A DNA stretch of 64,000 nt from an uncultured virus (IMG/VR IMGVR_UViG_2740892424_000003) (IMGVR_UViG_2740892424_000003), one strand, 5' to 3'. Positions 19,001 through 28,524 are shown, counted from the first letter of the stretch. Numbers and translations are program-made. Notes: generated by a model from the letters alone, not told the origin.

Positions 19001-20250
19001 GCTGCCTCCTTGCTCTCAATCGCTGGTTGCTCATCGAGGTTACCATCCAGCTCCTCGCCCTCAATGACATCCGCCCGGTCCTGCTCCCACTGGCGAACCG
19101 CAGCCTGACCCGCACTTATGATATGGTCGGCCAGCTTGATGCCAATACCCTTGATCGCCAGCAGCTTGTCGCTCTGGTTCACCATCAACTTCCACAGGTC
19201 AGTGATGCCAGCCCCTTCAAGCAGGCCCTGCACCTTGGCGTTGAGGCCAATCTCGCTGATGTGGACTGTTTGTGCCCACTCTGCGCGAGGTTGTAACTGG
19301 GGGTGGGTGATGGCGAGCGCATCGAGCATGAAGGAGTGAATGTCGCGGATCGCCTCCATCGGTATGTCCTGAGCCACTGCGCCAGGGAATACCGGGCTCA
19401 GCCACTCACTCAGCATCACGGTGCAGCCGGTGGCATCAGAGCGCATGGCGTGGAGCTTCCAGTCCAGATCGTTGAGCAGATAGCTCTTGTCGGACTGGAT
19501 GCCACCCTCTACCACATAGATATTCCAGCGCACCCCTTTCTCGTCGGTGTAGTGCTTGCGCAGGTGCTTGCCCCACAGCAGGCTGACATCCTTGAACAGG
19601 GCCATGTCGTTGATGATTTGCTGGCGCGCATCCAGATCGGCCTGTTGCTGGCTGATGATGGCCGTCAGCTCGGTGACACTTGCTGAAAGACGGGTGTTAT
19701 CACGGCGATAGCCGCTGATCTCGTTCTTCCCAGCAGTGATGGCCGCAAGCCGTTCCTCCAGCTTCTTGCGCTGCTCTGTCACCTTGCGCTTGAGGCCTTC
19801 CGGATCCATTTCCTTGTAGGCCTTAATCCGGCGTTCCAACTCGCGGATCTGGATGTTTGCGGCGTTGAGGCTGGCCTGGGTGCCGTCTGCCTTGCGGGTG
19901 GCGGCATAGACTGCCGCCTCTGCCACTTCCAGCTTGGCGCTCGTCTCTTCCTGCGCGGCGGCAATGCGCTGCTCGGTACTGGCGACTTGCTGGCGCAGCT
20001 CGCTGACCAGATTAGTTTGGCCTTCCAGCTCGCGATCCCGGGCTTCAAGCTCACCAATCAGGTAGTTGAACTCGTCTATGTGGGTGTTTGCCGCCTCGCT
20101 GATCATGGTCAGGTTGGCGGTAACGATAGGCTCCAGCCCTGCGACGGCCTGCTTGCAGTGCTCGGCTGGCATGTCTGCCAGCAGCCGGATCTGGCTGGTG
20201 ATGGTGTTCAGGGCGAGGTTGGTTGCCTCGCTGGGGTTCAGCGTGGTCAT
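18997..20250 (-). CDS. Coiled-coil protein with C-terminal HhH/alpha-CTD-like domain
   Basis: Heptad-rich N-half; ISEIGL......L..AGI........LLAIKGIG. Confidence 0.75.
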   Translation of the reverse strand: MTTLNPSEATNLALNTITSQIRLLADMPAEHCKQAVAGLEPIVTANLTMISEAANTHIDEFNYLIGELEARDRELEGQTNLVSELRQQVASTEQRIAAAQEETSAKLEVAEAAVYAATRKADGTQASLNAANIQIRELERRIKAYKEMDPEGLKRKVTEQRKKLEERLAAITAGKNEISGYRRDNTRLSASVTELTAIISQQQADLDARQQIINDMALFKDVSLLWGKHLRKHYTDEKGVRWNIYVVEGGIQSDKSYLLNDLDWKLHAMRSDATGCTVMLSEWLSPVFPGAVAQDIPMEAIRDIHSFMLDALAITHPQLQPRAEWAQTVHISEIGLNAKVQGLLEGAGITDLWKLMVNQSDKLLAIKGIGIKLADHIISAGQAAVRQWEQDRADVIEGEELDGNLDEQPAIESKEAA

Positions 20251-20296
20251 GGTCGGGGTCCTATGACAGAAAGCCCGCTTACGCGGGCTCGGGGTG

Positions 20297-21382
20297 TTAG
20301 ATGTGGCAGTCCACGATGGTGATCAGGGTGTCGTCCGGCAGCTCGTCCAGCAGCTCGTTGACCTTCCGGTTCCACTCAGCCTGGGTCATGTCGTCGGTGC
20401 TCATGCCGAACCAGCCCATCTCACCCTTGGCAAACCACTTACTGTCCTGCACCACCCCGAACAGCACCAGCGCGCTGTCACGGGCCTGCTGGATAAACTC
20501 GTCGCGGGGAGTCAGGAATTTGTCGGTACCATCCCAGAGATTGAGCGCTTTCTTCACAGCCTGCATGGCTCCCTGGGCGTGATATTCATCACGAGCCGCG
20601 TCGATGTTGCCTGGGTGGCGCTCGCGTACAACATCCCACGGCTCCCACATTGAGTCAGCTGGCAAGCCGGCGGCAATCTTGGCCTCTGCTGCCTTATCCC
20701 AGTTGGTGGCGGCTTTGGCCCCAGCTTCGTCGCGCATTCCTTCAAAGTCGATGGCACTTTTCAGCGCCGAGTCTGCGCGGCCTTCGCCGTCGTTCGCGCA
20801 GCTCCCCATCAGGCCTTGATGCCCAAGGCTACCGGCTGCATCCTGTTTGAGTTTCAGGAACCCGGACCAGCGGCCACCAATCTGGTACCAGTCCCACTGT
20901 TTATTGGGGTTCGTCCTGTCGGTGTACTCGATCACCTCGCCAGCAGCATTGACGCGAGCCCATCCCCATTTGTGCTCATCGAGCAGATCCAGCTCGTCGC
21001 CTTCTTGCAAGAAGGGGAAACCGTCGCTGGTCTGGTACTTGATGAAATCAACCAGTGACATGAACTCGTTCACAACGACTTCCTGTTCTGTCCACCCTTC
21101 TGGTACGAAACGGATCTTGCTGCTGGCGTCTAAATGGGTCTTGCCTTTCTTCTCCTCTTCCGTTTTCTCACGGTAGAAGCGGTCGTCATAGGCAGATACC
21201 AGCTCACCTTCAGGCCCGCGCAACATGCTGTGGGTGTCCTTGGCGTAGTCTTCGAGCAGACTGGGCAGGCGGTCGATCGTCTGCACGTACTGATCAACGG
21301 TGCCGGTGCATTCAAACTCGTGGTACGGGGCTAACTGATTCTCAACGTTCTGGCCAATAACCATTACGGCAAAGTGACTCAT
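20297..21382 (-). CDS. Conserved hypothetical phage protein
   Basis: MSHF.V.V, NP..WDWYQIGGRW, terminal VDCHI. Confidence 0.8.
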   Translation of the reverse strand: MSHFAVMVIGQNVENQLAPYHEFECTGTVDQYVQTIDRLPSLLEDYAKDTHSMLRGPEGELVSAYDDRFYREKTEEEKKGKTHLDASSKIRFVPEGWTEQEVVVNEFMSLVDFIKYQTSDGFPFLQEGDELDLLDEHKWGWARVNAAGEVIEYTDRTNPNKQWDWYQIGGRWSGFLKLKQDAAGSLGHQGLMGSCANDGEGRADSALKSAIDFEGMRDEAGAKAATNWDKAAEAKIAAGLPADSMWEPWDVVRERHPGNIDAARDEYHAQGAMQAVKKALNLWDGTDKFLTPRDEFIQQARDSALVLFGVVQDSKWFAKGEMGWFGMSTDDMTQAEWNRKVNELLDELPDDTLITIVDCHI

Positions 21383-21437
21383 GTTTATTTCCTCTTTCAA
21401 TTCAGTGCTTGCCACGGTTGGTAGTGTGGCGAGGTGA

Positions 21438-22580
21438 TCAGTAGTTGATGGTCAGGTGGGCGATCTTGTTGCTGGCGATGATCTTGATGAGTGTGATGGC
21501 TTTCGCCTCTTCAATGCCCAGGCCCATGAGGTCCATCAAGATGGACTGGTTGATGGTGCGGCGGTGCTCCACATCTGCGGCGCGAGCTGCGTCTGCCTCT
21601 ACTTTCAGGCGCTGCTCTTCGGCTATGCGCTGGCGCTCCTGCTCGGCGGCTTGTGCGGCTACAGCTTCGGCATGAAGCGCCGCTTTGCGCTCAGCCTCCT
21701 GTCGGCGCAGTTCTGCCTGCTCTGCTTCGGCAATGCGGCGGGCTTCTGCCTGCTGGCGAGCCAGTTCTGAGGCTTCGGAATCTCGCCGAGCTTGCTCCGC
21801 TGCCTGCTGGGCAGCCTGGGCTTGGCGCTGCGCCTCCAGCTCACGATGCTGGGCAGCTTCACGCTCCAGGCGCTGGCGATTCTCTTCCTGGAGGCGAGCC
21901 TGCTCAGCCGCCTGCTCGGCTATCAGGCGCTCGCGGTCGATGCGTTCCTGTTCGATCTGCTTCTTGCGAAGCTCCTCCAGCTCCGCCTGCTCGGCTTCGT
22001 ACTTCTGACGGGTAGCCAGCGCCTCACCAAGGCGCTTGGTGGCCAGTTCCTTGGCCACAGTCGCCTGGGGCAGCAGCTCCTGCCAGCTATCGTCCAGCGC
22101 GGTCTGCTCGACCTCCAGCAGCATGGCCTGCAGGTCGGTCGCAGCGATTTCGATACTGGCTGCAGACCCCAGCTCATTGAGTCGAGCCAGCCGAGCTTGC
22201 AGGGCATCAACCCGGGCGGCTTCTGCCTCTTCATACTGGGTGAGCGGGGCGCGCACTTCGTCTTTCAGTGCGTCCAGGGTGTCGCGGATCACCTTGCGGT
22301 TGGCGTCGATTCGCTTGGGAATTTCTTTGTACTTATCAACCAATTCCTTGCCGAGGCCATCCAGATAGGTCTTGGTCTTGGCGACGGCATAGGCAACGCT
22401 GGCGATCTCCTTGCGCCCCTTGGCGGTGGTCACATCAGGCACCAGGCTTGCAGCCTGCTTGCGAATATCGTCCAGCATGGCGTCAATGCCATCCCCTTTG
22501 GTGAACAGGGTGACAGCGGCGGTGGGTTCGATGACAACCAGTTGGGTCTGGGCGGTGTCGGTCTTGGCTTGTTCGGTCAT
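21438..22580 (-). CDS. Long coiled-coil protein of the RecT module
   Basis: TAKGRKEIAS.AY.VA..KT.LD..GK; A/E/Q/R-rich. Confidence 0.8.
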   Translation of the reverse strand: MTEQAKTDTAQTQLVVIEPTAAVTLFTKGDGIDAMLDDIRKQAASLVPDVTTAKGRKEIASVAYAVAKTKTYLDGLGKELVDKYKEIPKRIDANRKVIRDTLDALKDEVRAPLTQYEEAEAARVDALQARLARLNELGSAASIEIAATDLQAMLLEVEQTALDDSWQELLPQATVAKELATKRLGEALATRQKYEAEQAELEELRKKQIEQERIDRERLIAEQAAEQARLQEENRQRLEREAAQHRELEAQRQAQAAQQAAEQARRDSEASELARQQAEARRIAEAEQAELRRQEAERKAALHAEAVAAQAAEQERQRIAEEQRLKVEADAARAADVEHRRTINQSILMDLMGLGIEEAKAITLIKIIASNKIAHLTINY

Positions 22581-22631
22581 GTCGGGGTCCTTACTCAATA
22601 AAAAAGCCCGCTGGTTGGCGGGCTGGATGGG

Positions 22632-23609
22632 TTATTGCTGGGTGCTGTTCCCTGCGTCGATCTGCTTCTTGCGCTCGCCTGCCACCTGCTTAATGCCTTT
22701 CTCGATCACCTTGTCGCCGGTTTCACTGGCCCAGGCCCAGGCGGCGGTGTAGGCCCGCTGCCACTCAGGGGTATCGCTGGCCCCCTCGATGGCGGCGCAG
22801 TGGTCGGCGTAGGCGCTGGAGTGGTCAACCGGTTCGCCCGCATCAACCACCTGCTGCGGCTCTGGCTGTGGCTGAGGTTCTGCCTCAATCACCGGCCGCT
22901 GTGTGCGCATGGCATCAAGAGTGCGGTTGCCGGATGGCTGCGGCGTTACATCCCGCTCGATCCGCTCACCGTCGAACTCGTCCGGCGTGTATACGCCCAT
23001 GATGACGTCCGGACAGTAGAGGCGCGCCCAGCGCTTGGTGGCCAGATAAGCCAGCTGCTGGCGCGGGTCATCCGCCCAGAGCGTGGAGTTGCGGGTTCGC
23101 GCCTGAGCCAAGAACAGCTCCAGCACCCGCGGCTCATCCTCGCCCTTGATGGTGGCCCAGACCTTGATACCAAGGCCTTCTTCATCTTTCAGCTCCCAGC
23201 CAGGGACACGGTATTCACCCTTATCCCCCTTTCTGATATCGAACTTGCCGATCACCTTGCTCCAATCCCCGAACCAATCGAAGTGGAGGCGGTCTTTGGT
23301 GGGGGCGAGTGCGGTGATCACGGCGTTGACCAGCTGCGCCTCATAGCCAATCTTGCCGGATACGAAGTGGGTCTTTTGCGCCACAGCGAACGGGTTCATC
23401 CCCCACTGTACCGCCTGCATCACTACTGCCAGGCAGTCGCCTGGGCTGTTGCGGTATTCCTGCGGGATGGTTGCCTTGCCGGTGGCCATGATGTTGGCGA
23501 GGCTCACCATGGAGTTCATGCTTGCCACGTCGAGGGTGAGGTTTTGCCCCATTCCCTGCGGCGCAACTGCTGTTTGCTGGCTGCCGCACTCGGCAATCTG
23601 GTTGTTCAC
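22632..23609 (-). CDS. recT: RecT-family single-strand annealing protein
   Basis: QWGMNPFAVAQKT, GYEAQL, W.DDP.QQLAY...KRWARLY.PDVI.GVYT.DE. Confidence 0.9.
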   Translation of the reverse strand: MNNQIAECGSQQTAVAPQGMGQNLTLDVASMNSMVSLANIMATGKATIPQEYRNSPGDCLAVVMQAVQWGMNPFAVAQKTHFVSGKIGYEAQLVNAVITALAPTKDRLHFDWFGDWSKVIGKFDIRKGDKGEYRVPGWELKDEEGLGIKVWATIKGEDEPRVLELFLAQARTRNSTLWADDPRQQLAYLATKRWARLYCPDVIMGVYTPDEFDGERIERDVTPQPSGNRTLDAMRTQRPVIEAEPQPQPEPQQVVDAGEPVDHSSAYADHCAAIEGASDTPEWQRAYTAAWAWASETGDKVIEKGIKQVAGERKKQIDAGNSTQQ

Positions 23610-24448
23610 GCTGCTCTCCTTGCCCATGCTGGGCGGGTAAGTGGTATCAGGTCGTGCCAGTCGTTGTTGACGCGGCACTCGTGGAATTTCTGCAGGTCGC
23701 GGCGGTAGAGGTCTTTGCCTGACTCTTTCCACTCAGGCTCTAGCGGGCGAACCCGTACCGGGTAGCGGCCACACTCAATGGATGAGCTGACTGCCAGAAA
23801 GATGAAGTCAGGCCATTCGCCGTAAATCTCGCGAAAGCCATCGGAATACATGGCGTCTTGGACGTGGTAGCGGAACTCCTCGACGTGGCGCTCGAAGCGG
23901 GTCATGTCGTCCACCTTCTTCACGTCGGCGAGGATGGGGAAGTTGCTGAGCTTCTTGTCTGGGCGGCAGCGGCAGAGCTCTTCTGTCTCCCGGTCAGTCC
24001 AGTAGAGCGATCCCTCACAGATGCCATCCTGCTCCAGTAGCCATCTGGCGTCAGGGTGGGCAAACACGCTCTCACGCATCAGCTGCAGCTTGCGCCCCTC
24101 CTCGGCAGCCATGATGGTCTTGCCCAACTCGGAGCAGTTGGCCATGAACTCCTTCTCTTCCTCCTTACCTGCGTTGGTGCGGCGGTTGAACTCAGGGGCG
24201 ATTATGAATCGATCCTTGAAATCCTCCGGCTCCAGCAGCAGGCAGTGCAGGGCGGTACCCATATCCAGCGCCTTGAGCTTTTCATCGTCAACCGGCGCGC
24301 TCTTGCGCCAGGTGTAGGTAGCTGGGCTCTCGGCGATGTCGTCGAGCTGGGATTTACTGACTCCAGGGCCAGAGTGGTACTCCTCATTGGAGAGGCCCAG
24401 CACCAGCCCCTGCGGCAGGGCCAGGCTGGTATCGACGGCGGCGTTCAT
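23606..24448 (-). CDS. recE: RecE/exonuclease VIII-like PD-(D/E)XK nuclease
   Basis: YH.GPGVSKSQLD, GTALH..LLEP, CRCRPD, D.K, YHVQ.AMY. Confidence 0.9.
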   Translation of the reverse strand: MNAAVDTSLALPQGLVLGLSNEEYHSGPGVSKSQLDDIAESPATYTWRKSAPVDDEKLKALDMGTALHCLLLEPEDFKDRFIIAPEFNRRTNAGKEEEKEFMANCSELGKTIMAAEEGRKLQLMRESVFAHPDARWLLEQDGICEGSLYWTDRETEELCRCRPDKKLSNFPILADVKKVDDMTRFERHVEEFRYHVQDAMYSDGFREIYGEWPDFIFLAVSSSIECGRYPVRVRPLEPEWKESGKDLYRRDLQKFHECRVNNDWHDLIPLTRPAWARRAA

Positions 24449-24663
24449 GCGGGATCTCCTTGTGAATCGTTGTTCAGCCGCGCCCAGGTCAGGTGCAGTC
24501 GGTCTTCGTCGTAGCTCTGCACACCTCCCAGCTCGCACTGGATAACGACTTCGCCATCGCTGCGGCTTACCTCGCGTCCTTTTCGGCCGCTCAGCAGGTT
24601 GACGTGGGTGTAGGGCGCAGTCTTGACGCCGTAGTAACTGGCGCTATCTGGTGCGGCGTTCAT
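24445..24663 (-). CDS. Hypothetical protein
   Basis: ATGA overlaps. Confidence 0.6.
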   Translation of the reverse strand: MNAAPDSASYYGVKTAPYTHVNLLSGRKGREVSRSDGEVVIQCELGGVQSYDEDRLHLTWARLNNDSQGDPA

Positions 24664-24811
24664 GCGGTACCGCCTTTATCATCCCGTTGGCGCGAGACCT
24701 TGCGATCGCACCCAATCATCTGGTGGAATACCCAGGGAGCGAAGCGCCCCAATCTAATGCCTGACCACTCGCTGAAATTCCATGCCTGAGCCCACAACGA
24801 CCTCCATGCGT

Positions 24812-25273
24812 TCATGCTGCACCTCCTGCTAAGGCTGCAACAGCGATGCCGCGCGCATAGTCTATTCGGCGACAGTAAATATCCTTTATGCGAGATATAT
24901 CCTCGTCTGCTAAAGCATCAAGCCACCCTTCGATTAACGCCCCTTCAAAGCAGTCGTAGATCTCGGATAGCTTTGCCAGCAGCTCGTCGCGCTGGCGTGT
25001 CATTTCTATTCTGAACCGCACCTCACCGGCATGAGCAAGGTGGTGGCGCTCCAATTCTTCGGTTGGGACTCCTCGCAACGCATTCACGCAGGCCACAATG
25101 CGGCGGGCGTTGGCGCACATTTCATCTGATATATCGGTCGGCAGGCCCTTGCGGTCACGTGGGGCGTCTAGGGGCATCATCTTAGCTACATACCCTTTGC
25201 CGCCCACCTTTGATACGAAAATCAGGTCACCTGGTGGTAGGTACCAAGGCTCCGGTGTGTGCTTTATGGTCAT
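24812..25273 (-). CDS. Hypothetical protein (KHTPEPW...ANARRIVACVNA)
   Basis: Recurrent phage motif; ATGA overlap. Confidence 0.7.
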   Translation of the reverse strand: MTIKHTPEPWYLPPGDLIFVSKVGGKGYVAKMMPLDAPRDRKGLPTDISDEMCANARRIVACVNALRGVPTEELERHHLAHAGEVRFRIEMTRQRDELLAKLSEIYDCFEGALIEGWLDALADEDISRIKDIYCRRIDYARGIAVAALAGGAA

Positions 25274-25632
25274 GCTGCGCTCCTGTCCTGGTACTGCTCC
25301 CATTGGTCCTCGCTCATGGCGTTGTGCAGGGCGGCAACGTGGTCGTTCCAGGCGGCCTTTGCCAACTCGACAAGCCCAGCGTCAACCACCTGCTGGATGA
25401 ACTGCTTCAGTTGCGCATCATCACCGCCGAGCATGCGGCAGATGGCAAGGTTGTATTGGCGGTGCTGGTCGCTGCCGAGCTCGCCCAGCAGGGTTGCTGG
25501 GTCTGTTTCAAGCAGGCCGACCAGCAGGAGTGGTCTATTGCTCTCAACCCACTCGGCGACCCACTCAGCTTCGGCGTTGGCCTCGGCTTCGCGGCTCTCC
25601 AGCAGGGCGAGCAGGGTGGTTTCGTTTGTCAT
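25270..25632 (-). CDS. Hypothetical protein
   Basis: ATGA overlaps, GAGG RBS. Confidence 0.65.
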   Translation of the reverse strand: MTNETTLLALLESREAEANAEAEWVAEWVESNRPLLLVGLLETDPATLLGELGSDQHRQYNLAICRMLGGDDAQLKQFIQQVVDAGLVELAKAAWNDHVAALHNAMSEDQWEQYQDRSAA

Positions 25633-26123
25633 AATTGACCTCTCAGAACCTGCTTTATTGAGCGTCCGGTGCCAGCCTCGACAGGCTCTTTCCTGCCGTA
25701 TTCTCGCTTGGTGGCTGCATGACTCTTGCAGCAGGAGCGAGCCCAGCCCCTGCTAAGGTCTGCTATGCGAGCCGTATATTTGGTGCCACACCAACACACC
25801 AAAGTGACCTTCGTGCCGCGAGTTTCTTTGACGGCGAGAGGCGAGTTATAAACAGCCCCCTCGACCGCTGAATCTCCGCGGCGATCCAGCTCCGCATCAA
25901 AAATCTCAACCCACTGCTCCCATTTCCAGATGTCGCAGGTGAAACTGGCTGTCTTGCTGGCGCGATGTGCAGCTCTGCGAGCCCCCTTTAGGTGGGTTGG
26001 CGTCATGCTTGACACGGCAATGACTTCTCCGTCAGATGTCATCCACTCACCATGGGCTAGCCCATCTTCGTATGGGTCGTATTCGACCTCATATCCGCCA
26101 CAGCTTTCTGTTCCTTGGCCCAT
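25629..26123 (-). CDS. Hypothetical protein with C.CG...AD..RGWA.SC.KS motif
   Basis: Zinc-binding-like C-terminus. Confidence 0.65.
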   Translation of the reverse strand: MGQGTESCGGYEVEYDPYEDGLAHGEWMTSDGEVIAVSSMTPTHLKGARRAAHRASKTASFTCDIWKWEQWVEIFDAELDRRGDSAVEGAVYNSPLAVKETRGTKVTLVCWCGTKYTARIADLSRGWARSCCKSHAATKREYGRKEPVEAGTGRSIKQVLRGQL

Positions 26124-26125
26124 GG

Positions 26126-26317
26126 CTACATCTCCATTTCAAGCCTCAACGCCCGCTGTTCTTGATGCACCTCGATGGCGCGGCGGGTGGAGGCTTTATT
26201 GCGGGCCATCCGTACCTGTTCGGCGGATGGGGCGGCGTCTACGTGGTACTTGCGGCGAGTTGGTGGCACCATCGCACCGCGAAAGCCCATCACCTGGGCT
26301 TCGGTCAGGTTTTTCAT
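26126..26317 (-). CDS. 63-aa basic protein
   Basis: AGGACCCCGA RBS; TRRAIE motif. Confidence 0.7.
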   Translation of the reverse strand: MKNLTEAQVMGFRGAMVPPTRRKYHVDAAPSAEQVRMARNKASTRRAIEVHQEQRALRLEMEM

Positions 26318-26601
26318 AGTCGGGGTCCTCTTGGTTATCCGAAGGCAGCCACAGCTTCGACGCTATGTTGCTGCCAGCTCCACTGGAGCCGCCTTGGGAT
26401 ACCCGCTGCTGCCAGCGGGTGGGTTATTGGATTGGCCGCTTCTAACGGCTGTCGGTTACATCGTTCGCACTCCCTGTTGTGTTTGGCAGGTAAAAGACGA
26501 GTGATAAATCGTTCACCTTCACGCACCGCTTTCCGGTTTTAACGGGGTATCGGCGCATCCCTACCGGCATTGGGATTCGTGGTTGTGAGCCGGTTCCAGA
26601 C

Positions 26602-26613
26602 TGTTAAAGAGCG
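26602..26613 (-). promoter_or_regulatory. boxA antitermination element CGCTCTTTAACA
   Basis: Exact consensus boxA on the leftward early transcript. Confidence 0.8.
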
Positions 26614-26715
26614 TGCTCAGCCGAATTTGGCGTGAGCGGAGCCAAAGCAACCTTGCGGTGCTTGATAAAGAGGCTTTGGCTACGGCGCTATCAGGGAAGC
26701 GCCAGACCCGAGAAA

Positions 26716-26961
26716 TCAGACGGCGTTACGGTGGAACTCGGTGCGCCAGTGGAGGAGGGCGCTGTACTTGGTGAAGCCAGTGGTGCGCAGTTGGGCGGCG
26801 CGGGCGGCAACGATGTGATGCTGTTCGGTCTGCATCATGGCCACATGGAGGCGCTGCTTGATGGCGCGGCGGCGGGCCGCATTACCGTTCAGTCGGTCGG
26901 CGATAGAGGCAATGACTTTGTCGGCTCGATTCGCGGCTCTGGAAAAAATGTTCTGGGTCAT
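26716..26961 (-). CDS. Basic protein with Arg-rich motif (N-like candidate)
   Basis: AGGAG RBS; GNAARRRAIKQR; first ORF of the leftward operon. Confidence 0.6.
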   Translation of the reverse strand: MTQNIFSRAANRADKVIASIADRLNGNAARRRAIKQRLHVAMMQTEQHHIVAARAAQLRTTGFTKYSALLHWRTEFHRNAV

Positions 26962-27172
26962 GGTACATTTACTCCTATTGGCGAGTTGGTCCTCGCTGAT
27001 TCCCACCGGTTTAGGCTGGTCGGGGTCCTGATTGCCGGGGTTGGTCCCCTGGCATTCTGATTGGGGTGGTACCCCAGTCCTTCGAAGCCCGCCTTGTGCG
27101 GGCTTTGTCGTTCTTACGCGCTGGTCAGGCGCTTGCCCTTGCGGGCGGGTCCTGATTACCGAGTGTCTAAAT

Positions 27173-27247
27173 TGGTCGGAGATACAGGGATCGAACCTGT
27201 GAAGCCCTCATCCCAAATGAGGTGGCATACCACTTGCCGAATCTCCG
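27173..27247 (-). tRNA. tRNA-Pro(TGG), phage-encoded, with CCA
   Basis: Acceptor CGGAGAT/ATCTCCG, D-stem GGCA/TGCC, anticodon arm CCTCA-TTTGGGA-TGAGG, T-arm ACAGG-TTCGATC-CCTGT, A73-CCA. Confidence 0.93.
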
Positions 27248-27314
27248 AAGTTGCCGGTTACCCTATCCGGCGTCTCTCGCTTCCGTTAAAGGCGGCCAGC
27301 GGAATGACGGGTTT

Positions 27315-27459
27315 GTTGTGGTGGCCGGAGCTGATCCCGGCATGTGCTCGCTACGTGTAAACCACATAGCCCGTTACGTTTGCACTCGTTTGGTTGCGAA
27401 CCGGTGGGTACTCAACTTTGCCACCCGATTGGCGCATCAGCCTGCGCATTCACCACAAC
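27315..27459 (-). ncRNA. c4-like antisense RNA
   Basis: Closing stem GTTGTGGTG/CACCACAAC; hairpins GCGCA-GGCTGA-TGCGC and GCCGG-GATCAGCT-CCGGC as recalled for the c4 family. Confidence 0.75.
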
Positions 27460-27662
27460 TGCGGATTGCACTGCCAGCTTGCACTTGCGCTCTCGGCCTG
27501 GACTTGATACCGCGCCAATGCAATCCCAGTTATCTTCTGGCCTTTTACTCCGCCAGAGCGGGAGGTTTGTTACCCCAAGACCTTCACCACGATTGGCCGC
27601 CTTCCACGCTGCCCCTTGCTGTTACCGGTCTTGGCTGTTCTGCCTTCCTCTTTGTTTAAGTG

Positions 27663-27737
27663 GTTAGGCAAAACTTACTGAATGCATGATAGGTAGTAAT
27701 AACTAACAAAGCAATAGGGTGGTAAGAAAATTTTAAC
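27663..27737. promoter_or_regulatory. OL-like operator array, three 16-bp GTTAG-N6-CTWAC-type sites
   Basis: Sites at 27663, 27692, 27722 (29-30 bp period) in AT-rich DNA; same motif between cI and cro. Confidence 0.7.
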
Positions 27738-27824
27738 TCCGTGAGCGAGTACCGCTCAGAACGGTAAAATGCAGGCAAGAAAAAGCCCGCCAATTGGCGG
27801 GCTGTTTTGCGGTGGAGTGTTGCC

Positions 27825-28463
27825 TTACGCTCTTCTCAGCTCAATCATTTTCCCTAGCACCAGTGCCTCACTGGCTTTCAGAAAACCAAAGTGCGGATCA
27901 TCTACCACCAAGTTCATGCCATCGAGCGCGCTCTTTGCCCTGAGCAGTAGGGCTTTATCGCCATGTCGCACCAGGGCGATGTCACCGGTCTCGAGCTTTC
28001 GCTGTTCAGGGCTCATGTCTATGACGATGAAATCACCGCTGTGTATCCCGCTGCCGGCCAGATCATCATTGGCTGCGACTACTGCGCACAGGTGACCGCC
28101 ATCCTCTACCACCAGGTGCCGCCCAGTATCAATCAGCGGGATGGCGTCGCTTGGATGGCTGACCATATCTTTCAGTTCCCAGATCGGCACTTTCGATATT
28201 TCTGCGCTGGAGGCGTATTCAGCGCTGTTTTTTCCGACGAACAGCCACACAGGGTCACAGCCTAGAACCCTTGATATTCCCAGTACGCTACTAATTCTCG
28301 GGTCGGTAGTGGTGCCTCGGATGATGGCGCTCAGCGTTGGTTTTGACAGGCCAGTTTTTCTAGCCAGGTCTGCTGGCTTAAGCCCTTTCTCATTCATCAG
28401 CTGCTGGAGTCTTTCGTTAAAGGAAGACATCAATTTCACCATATCGTTAGATTCAACAAACAT
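27825..28463 (-). CDS. cI: CI-like repressor, HTH plus degenerate S24-like domain
   Basis: HTH ADLARKTGLSKPTLSAI; NDDL in place of GDSM, LLRA in place of VKR; start could be 28442 or 28430. Confidence 0.85.
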   Translation of the reverse strand: MFVESNDMVKLMSSFNERLQQLMNEKGLKPADLARKTGLSKPTLSAIIRGTTTDPRISSVLGISRVLGCDPVWLFVGKNSAEYASSAEISKVPIWELKDMVSHPSDAIPLIDTGRHLVVEDGGHLCAVVAANDDLAGSGIHSGDFIVIDMSPEQRKLETGDIALVRHGDKALLLRAKSALDGMNLVVDDPHFGFLKASEALVLGKMIELRRA

Positions 28464-28508
28464 AGATCATTATGCCTCTCCGATGGTTAGGTTTGTTTTT
28501 GTTGATTA

Positions 28509-28524
28509 GTTAGTTTGTTCTTAC
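28509..28524. promoter_or_regulatory. OR-like operator GTTAG-TTTGTT-CTTAC
   Basis: Matches the OL sites; weaker copies at 28446 and 28486. Confidence 0.65.
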
